Shown here piece by piece: positions 8,467-15,001 of a DNA stretch of 16,398 nt. Position 1 is the stretch's first letter. The number at the start of each line of letters is the position of its first letter. Both the position numbers and the translations under genes were made by a program. The DNA is from Candidatus Hadarchaeota archaeon (GTDB lineage Archaea; CAYQAE01; CAYVLA01): contig CAYVLA010000069.1 in NCBI GenBank assembly GCA_964452145.1, positions 1 to 16,398 on the forward strand. The letters run 5' to 3'. The notes under the pieces are model-generated. The model was given only the letters and a program-made list of their open reading frames with translations, searched no databases and was not told the origin of the DNA.

Positions 8467-10014
8467 GTGCGTTTGTTCCAAGGCATAATTGTCTGGCAGA
8501 TGAGCGCACTGGACATCATCCTCGCTGCGCTTTGGCTCGTCATCATCCTGTTCGTTGCCTTCTATGGCTCCAGGTACTCCAGAGGCACGTGGATGGAGTA
8601 CATCATCGGAGGAAAGAGATTCCCCTGGTGGTACGTCGGCATTGCCAGCGTTGCCCAGGTCAGCCCCACCGGGCCCATCGTGATGATCACCAAGATCTCG
8701 CAGTACGGTCTACTCAGCGTATTCAGCGTCGGAGTCCCCTACGGTGGTGCCAAGTCCTACTTCAATACCCGTGTGTACTACAGGACGGGCGCCATCACCG
8801 AGAACCAGTGGCTCGACCTGAGGTTCGGCGGAAAGCCGGGGGCTTTCTTAAGGGGATACAGCTCGCTCCACGGCATGTTCGTCGGGGGGCCGATCGGCCT
8901 AGGGATGGGCGCCAAGCTCGTCGGACAGGCCATGTATCAGCTTGCCGGCATCAACGATATGCTCTGGGCTGCCATTCAGCTCTACATCGGGGCATGGCTC
9001 CTACCAGTTCTCGCCGGCATATGGGGCATAACGTGGACCAGCCTTCTTCTCTATCCCCTGATCATGGTGATGTACGGCTTATTGACGTACTTCGCATGGA
9101 CGACGGCCGGTGGGTATCAGGGCATCATCTCCTCCTTCCAGGCGTGGGGCAGCCCCTACAACCTGCGGATACTGGGCTTCACCGAGGACTGGCCCCTGGG
9201 CCTCTGGTTGGGAGGCTGGGCCTTCTACCTGATCTCTGGCTGGGGTCCCATGGGCGGTTGGGGCGTCCTAGGGGCGAAGAGCGAGGACGACGCGCTGGTC
9301 GGGAACACCCTGGGTACCTCCATGCTCGGGTGGCCGGGCGCGCTGATATTCATCCCCATGGCTCTGGCAACGATGGTACACTTCCCTGAGATCGCGTTCG
9401 AGGAACTGGCCTTCGGTAAGCTTGTGCGAATCCTGCTGCCGTCGGGTCTGATGGGGCTCTTCGTCGGGGTCTGGTTGACCCCCGTCTTGATCACGGCCCA
9501 AGTCGGACGGATCTGGCAGGGAGGCACATTCGCCAACGACTTCTACCGAAGGCTGGTTGCCCCGGGCAAGTCAGACAGGCACTATATCTGGATCACCAGG
9601 ATATCACTTCTGGCATCCAGTGCGCTAGGCATGATGTACGCCTACTACACCTACCAAGTCGTCCCGGTGATGTTCTGGTGGGCCACGCTCAACGCAGGCC
9701 ACGCCATCGGCGGCCTTGCCACCTACTACTGGTGGAGATGGGGAGGGTGGATCGCGCTTCTGACCAGCCTAGTGGCCTATCCCATCAACATTGTCATCAT
9801 GAACGTGTTCGAGGGTCAATACCCTGTATACACGCTGATGTGGATCATCATGGTGCTTTCGTGGTTCCCGGCGATGCTGCTGGTCTGGATTCTGCCGCCC
9901 TCATCCCCGGACGTGCTGATGGACTACTACCGACGGACCAGGCCTCCCGGATTCTGGGGCCACATCAAGCTACAGGTGGAGGAGCTGGAACGGGCGGCCA
10001 CGAGCGGACTGTGA
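8467..10014 (+). CDS. Sodium:solute symporter (SSS/SLC5) family protein, divergent
   Basis: About 12-13 hydrophobic segments; EYIIGGKRFPWW..GIA, IT..QWLDLRFGG, GAKSE.DA, LLPSGLMGL, NDFYRR, C-terminal YYRRTRPPGFWG. Start could be GTG 8467, TTG 8473 or ATG 8500. Confidence 0.85.
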   Translation: MRLFQGIIVWQMSALDIILAALWLVIILFVAFYGSRYSRGTWMEYIIGGKRFPWWYVGIASVAQVSPTGPIVMITKISQYGLLSVFSVGVPYGGAKSYFNTRVYYRTGAITENQWLDLRFGGKPGAFLRGYSSLHGMFVGGPIGLGMGAKLVGQAMYQLAGINDMLWAAIQLYIGAWLLPVLAGIWGITWTSLLLYPLIMVMYGLLTYFAWTTAGGYQGIISSFQAWGSPYNLRILGFTEDWPLGLWLGGWAFYLISGWGPMGGWGVLGAKSEDDALVGNTLGTSMLGWPGALIFIPMALATMVHFPEIAFEELAFGKLVRILLPSGLMGLFVGVWLTPVLITAQVGRIWQGGTFANDFYRRLVAPGKSDRHYIWITRISLLASSALGMMYAYYTYQVVPVMFWWATLNAGHAIGGLATYYWWRWGGWIALLTSLVAYPINIVIMNVFEGQYPVYTLMWIIMVLSWFPAMLLVWILPPSSPDVLMDYYRRTRPPGFWGHIKLQVEELERAATSGL

Positions 10015-10025
10015 GGTGGAACAGG

Positions 10026-10235
10026 ATGCAGAAATGGATAGCAAGGGACATGGTCTTCGCCCTGTTGATAGGCTTTGCGGGCACCTTCCTAGGGACGGGC
10101 ATTACCCTGTGGCTTGTGACCCCGTACAAGGCCGTCGGCCAGGTCATGATCCCGACCAGCCTCATATGGTACGTGCTGTTCATCTACGATGTGAAGAGGC
10201 ACGGTATGTGGCCGAGTGGCGAGATCATGGGCTAG
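10026..10235 (+). CDS. Small 2-TM membrane protein (69 aa) following the symporter
   Basis: SD GAGGTGG (10013-10019) overlapping the symporter stop, then ATG 10026; MQKWIARDMVFALLIGFAGTFLGTGITLWLV...VGQVMIPTSLIWYVLFIY. This is the 3' part of track ORF 9678..10235. Confidence 0.75.
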   Translation: MQKWIARDMVFALLIGFAGTFLGTGITLWLVTPYKAVGQVMIPTSLIWYVLFIYDVKRHGMWPSGEIMG

Positions 10236-10243
10236 CAAGCTGC

Positions 10244-10286
10244 AAAGCTTTTTATCCCGTGCGCCGCGATAACAGATACCAGGTGA
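10244..10286 (+). promoter_or_regulatory. Putative BRE/TATA and SD for the gene at 10293
   Basis: AAAGCTTTTTATC (10244-10256) and AGGTGA (10281-10286). Confidence 0.6.
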
Positions 10287-10292
10287 AGACCC

Positions 10293-10592
10293 ATGGCAGC
10301 CTTGGAGGTCCATGCGATCGAGAATATGGAGGACCTGTACATAGTGCAGGTCAAGAACACCGTGAACAGGTCCGTGACCCTTCCCAGGGGCAGCATCATC
10401 AGATTCCGGGCCTTTCACTGGGACGGGACCGTGACGGTGGACGAGCTCGAGATCGAGGACGACATCGTGATCGGGGCCAGGGATATCCACCGATTCGAGG
10501 TGGAGGGAGAGGGCACCTGGGCCGGCGACAAGGCCGAGATGATCTACGAGACCAAGGAATTCGGGAAACAGGTCACCGTGTACAGGGTCTAG
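10293..10592 (+). CDS. Hypothetical small acidic, beta-rich protein (99 aa)
   Basis: Own TATA and SD, strongly G/C-ending codons, alternating hydrophobic pattern. Confidence 0.78.
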   Translation: MAALEVHAIENMEDLYIVQVKNTVNRSVTLPRGSIIRFRAFHWDGTVTVDELEIEDDIVIGARDIHRFEVEGEGTWAGDKAEMIYETKEFGKQVTVYRV

Positions 10593-10688
10593 GCCCGTCC
10601 CCAAGATGAGCTAAGCTTGCACCAATCTCCGGCAAGATGAGCAGAAGCAATACGACGCGTAGCGTGAGCGCCTCATGGGGCCGAAGGG

Positions 10689-11786
10689 ATGCAGAAGATG
10701 GCGTCGACGGTATACTCGTCAGGGGTCTCCAAGCTCCTACCCAACCTGCTCAAGCACCTAGCTTCCTCGGGCTTCTCCCCCGGGAAACAGGATGCGGTTG
10801 CGATAAAGCTACACATGGGCGAGGAGGGAAACGTCAGATACATCAGGCCGGCTATCGTCCGGGCCGTGGCCGATTGGGTCAAATCCCAGGGCGCTGAGCC
10901 TTTCGTGACGGATTCAACGACCCTGTACCGGCGCAGGAGGGGGACCCTCTTCGACTACCTTCGGACGGCGGCAAGGCACGGCTTCTCGGCCGAGACCATG
11001 GGATGTCCGGTCCTGATCGCAGACGGCCTGAAGAGCAGAGGGATCAAGGTGAGGGTCAGGAACCCGCTGAAGCTCGACGAGGTCGGAGTTGCCCCATTGA
11101 TACACGAGGCGGATGCGCTGATCGGCCTGAGCCATGTGACCATGCATCCGGATATTCTGCCCGCTGCCAGCATCAAGAACGTTGCGATGGGGTGCACCGA
11201 CAAGGAGGCCAAGATGCGCATGCACGCGTCCAGGGCCAAACCCCGCTTCGACGCCGCCAGGTGTACCGGCTGTGGGATCTGCGTCCGCCACTGCCCCACC
11301 GGGGCGATCGAGCTCGAGGAAGCGAAGGCGAGGTTCGATCTGGACAGGTGCGTCTCTTGCGCCGAGTGCATAGCGTTCTGTGAACATGGAGCCGTCAGGG
11401 TGAGCTGGAGCGCCCTGTCCGAGGACGTGGCAAGGGGGGCCGTGGACGCGGCCCAGGCGGTTCTCTCCACATTTGAGCCTGGCAAGAGCGTTTTCCTGAA
11501 CCTTGGCTACGATGTGACCGAGGAGTGCGACTGCGCGGCTGGAAGCGAGTATCCGGTGATAACGGATTTTGGCCTCCTTTCCAGCCTAGACCCCGTGGCA
11601 GTCGACGCAGCCGCCGCCGATATGCTGAATCGACATCCCACCTATCCCGGCGGCTCGATGCAGAAACTCTCCTCGGCCGACGACAGGCTTGCGGCAGTCC
11701 GCCCCAAGATCGACTGGAGGGGTTTCTTGGCGTTGGCCGAGTCCGCCGGCCTGGGCAGTCGCTCATACGAACTCGTGCACATATGA
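10689..11786 (+). CDS. DUF362-domain protein with inserted 2x[4Fe-4S] ferredoxin domain
   Basis: AIKLHMGEEGN, PFVTDSTTLY...R, IADGL, KNVAMGC, CTGCGICVRHCP, CVSCAECIAFCE, ECDC, DPVAVDAA. Confidence 0.9.
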   Translation: MQKMASTVYSSGVSKLLPNLLKHLASSGFSPGKQDAVAIKLHMGEEGNVRYIRPAIVRAVADWVKSQGAEPFVTDSTTLYRRRRGTLFDYLRTAARHGFSAETMGCPVLIADGLKSRGIKVRVRNPLKLDEVGVAPLIHEADALIGLSHVTMHPDILPAASIKNVAMGCTDKEAKMRMHASRAKPRFDAARCTGCGICVRHCPTGAIELEEAKARFDLDRCVSCAECIAFCEHGAVRVSWSALSEDVARGAVDAAQAVLSTFEPGKSVFLNLGYDVTEECDCAAGSEYPVITDFGLLSSLDPVAVDAAAADMLNRHPTYPGGSMQKLSSADDRLAAVRPKIDWRGFLALAESAGLGSRSYELVHI

Positions 11787-11821
11787 TCCCGATGAGGCCC
11801 CGGGGTGGGTAGCAGTTAAGA

Positions 11822-12481
11822 ATGGCCCGCTTGACCGTGATAGGGATAGGTGCAGTCTTGCATCCCAGATTGAGACATCCGGAAAGACGCCACACGTTGG
11901 CACCCGTCCACGACAGGCTTCCCTCAAAGGAAATGCTGGCAACGGTGATCCGGATCTGCTCGTCCAAGACTCGGGCCTCCGTCCTCCTTCTGGCTTCCTC
12001 CGGAATGCGGGTGGGTGAGCTGGTCCGTCTCCGCGTGGCCGATCTGAAATTGTCCGAGACCCCGCCGGCAGTCAAGATACAAGATACGCTTCGCCCCCAC
12101 CGGTGGCGAATCTCATACATGACCGCCGAGGCTAGGCAGGCGGTGGAGTCCTATCTGGAGGAGAGGAGGAATCGAGGGGATCTGCTATGCGACCATACGC
12201 CGGTATTCGCATATGAGAGCGGCTCCTCGATGACCCCTCAAGCCATGGTGTCCCTCATTCGGAGGGCCTTCGATGCCGCCGGCATCAGGGGGCCGAGGAT
12301 GATGCTTGATTCCCAGGTTTTTCGGCGTTGGTTCAAGACCCAGGTGATCCGTGCCGGAGCGCCCCGCGTTGTGGTGGATTTCCTGTGTGGTCGCCCCGGC
12401 GGCGTCAAACCCACCGACGAGGAGCTGAAGCGCTGGTACGTACGTGCCGTGCCGGGCTTGACCATAGTCTCGGCGACTTGA
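11822..12481 (+). CDS. Tyrosine recombinase/integrase-like protein, catalytic domain only, probably inactive
   Basis: DRLPS.E.L, LLASSGMRVGELVRLRVADL, FRRWFKTQ, VDFLCG, PTDEEL...Y..A.P.LTI. HxxR reads QVFR, LxGH reads LCGR, and no Tyr sits at the nucleophile position. Confidence 0.85.
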   Translation: MARLTVIGIGAVLHPRLRHPERRHTLAPVHDRLPSKEMLATVIRICSSKTRASVLLLASSGMRVGELVRLRVADLKLSETPPAVKIQDTLRPHRWRISYMTAEARQAVESYLEERRNRGDLLCDHTPVFAYESGSSMTPQAMVSLIRRAFDAAGIRGPRMMLDSQVFRRWFKTQVIRAGAPRVVVDFLCGRPGGVKPTDEELKRWYVRAVPGLTIVSAT

Positions 12482-12543
12482 CATGTACCTACCCAGGGCT
12501 GGGCTGGAGGCTGGACCCATCTCCACTCGAATGAGGGTTGACG

Positions 12544-14001
12544 ATGAACGTCATAGTCGTAATGCTTGACAGCCTGAGAAGAGACCATCTGGGCTGCTAT
12601 GGCAACACATGGATCAGCACGCCCCACATCGACTCCTTCGCATCCGACTGCATGGTTTTCGATCTGGCATATGCAGAAGGCCTGCCGACGATCCCTGTAC
12701 GGACTTCGCTCTTCACCGGCAGATACACCCTTCCCTTCAGACGATGGCAGCCGCTGGAGAAGGAGGATGTCTTGCTTTCCGAGGTCCTCTGGGATAAGGG
12801 ATGCCGTTCCGCTCTGATCGCGGACACCTACCACATGCACAAACCGCGCATGGGATTCTGCCGGGGCTTCGACAGCGTGACCTGGATAAGGGGGCAGGAG
12901 ACCGATCCCTACATAGTCGACCCCGCGATTCGCGTCGATGTGGAGGCATTCAGTGAAAGGGACTGGAAGGCGGCGTATCCCGGTCAGAGCGACCAGCAGG
13001 CAAGAGACAACCTAGCCCAGTACCTCAGAAACATACACCACTGGAAGGGCGAGGAGGATCACTTCGTCGCCCAAACCATGACCGCGGCCGCAGACTGGCT
13101 TCAGGACCAGCAGGATCGCGGCAGAAGCGACCTCCTCTTCCTATGGATCGACAGCTTCGATCCCCATGAGCCGTGGGACCCTCCCGTTCCCTACAGCGAG
13201 ATGTACCCAGTCGACGAATACCAGGGGCCCCCTATCATCTGGGCGGGTGGGCTAGCGAATGACTGGAGCCTTCCCGAGCTGCGCCACTACAGATCCCAGT
13301 ACGCGGGTGAGGTCAGCCTGGTCGATCGTTGGTTCGGGGATCTCGTAGAGAAGGTCGATGATCTGGGCCTGTTTGACAACACGACGATGATCGTCCTGTC
13401 GGACCATGGCGAGCCGTTGGGCGAGCACGGAATCGTGAAGAAGGTCCGACCGTGGCCGTACGAGGAGCTATCCCACTTCCCCCTCCTCGTGCGTCCACCC
13501 GATGGGACGGAGCCGGGCGGGACACGCGTAAAGCAGTTCGTTTCGATGCCGGACATAATGCCGACGATCCTGGATATTCTCGGGGTTCCGATCCCTCCAA
13601 CCGTGCAGGGAAACAGCCTGCTAGGGATTGCCCGAGGCGAGATAGCGGCACCCGGCTTCGGGATAAGCGGCCACTACGGACGCTCATGGAGCATCAGGGA
13701 CACAAAATGGAGCTTCTACCTCTGGCTCGCCGGCAAAGCTCCATACACATGGGGGATCGGGTATCCGAAGCCGTCGGAGGACGGAAGACGGCCTGAGCTC
13801 TACGAGGTCGAATCCGAGTTTGTGCCCCCCAGGCCAGGGAACTGGCTGCCAGACCGGGACCTGGCCGAACGCGAGAACCTCATCGACGAACACCCCGAGA
13901 TAGCTAGGTCCCTGGAGCTTGATCTAAGGAGGTTCGTGCAATCCCTCAAGCCATCGGAGGGAGACATTAGGGCGATGGAATCAATCAAGGCCGAGTTCTG
14001 A
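12544..14001 (+). CDS. Sulfatase-like hydrolase (alkaline phosphatase superfamily), Thr at the nucleophile position
   Basis: NVIVVMLDSLRRDH, TPHID, PTIPVRTSLFTGRY, FDPHEPW, YAGEVSLVD, DNT.IVLSDHGE.LGEHG, PLLVR.P, DIMPTILD, QGNSL. ATG 12544 after GAGGG; alternative TTG 12538. Confidence 0.92.
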   Translation: MNVIVVMLDSLRRDHLGCYGNTWISTPHIDSFASDCMVFDLAYAEGLPTIPVRTSLFTGRYTLPFRRWQPLEKEDVLLSEVLWDKGCRSALIADTYHMHKPRMGFCRGFDSVTWIRGQETDPYIVDPAIRVDVEAFSERDWKAAYPGQSDQQARDNLAQYLRNIHHWKGEEDHFVAQTMTAAADWLQDQQDRGRSDLLFLWIDSFDPHEPWDPPVPYSEMYPVDEYQGPPIIWAGGLANDWSLPELRHYRSQYAGEVSLVDRWFGDLVEKVDDLGLFDNTTMIVLSDHGEPLGEHGIVKKVRPWPYEELSHFPLLVRPPDGTEPGGTRVKQFVSMPDIMPTILDILGVPIPPTVQGNSLLGIARGEIAAPGFGISGHYGRSWSIRDTKWSFYLWLAGKAPYTWGIGYPKPSEDGRRPELYEVESEFVPPRPGNWLPDRDLAERENLIDEHPEIARSLELDLRRFVQSLKPSEGDIRAMESIKAEF

Positions 14002-14024
14002 TACAGGACATGAACCGGAAGGTC

Positions 14025-14846
14025 TCAGGGGATCTTGAAAGACCGAGCCACATCCTCGATGCGATCTCCCACGACGTCATATTCCCAGCATCCAAGCCCC
14101 CTCTCGACCGCCTTTTTGATATGAATCACCTCATGCGGGTCGAGGCCCATAACCCTAGTTGCGACGATGTCTGTGGCCACAACATCCCGGCCGGCTATGA
14201 TTAGGTCCATTCTGACCGGCGAACCCTTGACGGGTCCGGGTCCCTCCATGCCGACGAATCCGTCGATCACCACGAGCGACGGCTTCAGCACGCTGTTTAT
14301 GTCCACTATGACCTTGCTGATGCCTTTGCGATGGTACCGGAATTTCCACTTGTTGGGAAGAAGGCCGAAGAGGTTCTTCATCCCCAGGGTCACCTTCGTG
14401 GACTTATGGGTCTTAAGCTTGGCCGCGTCCACTATGTGGCTCTCAGCAACGATCCTGGGGACCTTGATGGTCCTCAGAGCTTCGGGATGCTCGGGCCTGA
14501 GCACGACCCTTTCCCGCTCTCGCGCAAGATTCCGAAAGGGCACGTCGTTATTTCTGCAGACATCTAGCATTCCGGTGGCTCTCGCAGCCACATCGCAGCT
14601 GGTCATGTTCGCATCGCTCTCCACGACCATGATCTCGCTGTTCACCCTCCGGATGGCGTGGACGAGTGCCTCGACCACGAGGGGGTCCGTCGTCGCCCCC
14701 GTCCTCCAAGTCAGGTCGCAGATGAAGTTCACCTTGATGAGGACGGGTTTTCCCCTGAGATGATCAAGCCCTCCTGATAGCTCCACGGCCCTCACTACCG
14801 TCTCATGAGATCTGGGCCCCTTGACGAGGGCCACCTTTGGTGGCAT
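14025..14846 (-). CDS. DUF362-domain protein (no ferredoxin insert)
   Basis: VLIKVN, ATTDP, KLKTH...VTLGMKNLFG, IDG..GMEGPGP..G, DVVATD...R.MG.DP; TTTATC at 14879-14884 (- strand) upstream. Confidence 0.9.
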   Translation of the reverse strand: MPPKVALVKGPRSHETVVRAVELSGGLDHLRGKPVLIKVNFICDLTWRTGATTDPLVVEALVHAIRRVNSEIMVVESDANMTSCDVAARATGMLDVCRNNDVPFRNLARERERVVLRPEHPEALRTIKVPRIVAESHIVDAAKLKTHKSTKVTLGMKNLFGLLPNKWKFRYHRKGISKVIVDINSVLKPSLVVIDGFVGMEGPGPVKGSPVRMDLIIAGRDVVATDIVATRVMGLDPHEVIHIKKAVERGLGCWEYDVVGDRIEDVARSFKIP

Positions 14847-15001
14847 TTGCCTACCCCAGCGAATACTCCCGAATCCAAGATAAATGGATACAGATCCAGG
14901 GCTGGATGCGGCCCGGAGGCAACCCGCTGCTCTGATCTATAGGAACGAAGGCAAAGCAGGAGAGATAAGCCTTATGAAGGAGCTGGAGAAGCGGCCCTGC
15001 G

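Noticed and set aside
11787..12540. Integrated virus, plasmid or integron around the recombinase-like gene
   Set aside because: No tRNA target, long att repeats, replication or capsid genes, or obvious compositional shift; the enzyme looks inactive.
2359..13893. Many long antisense or alternate-frame ORFs (e.g. 2359..3102, 8532..9389, 10016..10609, 11395..12120)
   Set aside because: Expected in GC-rich DNA; they overlap motif-supported genes and show no recognisable domains.
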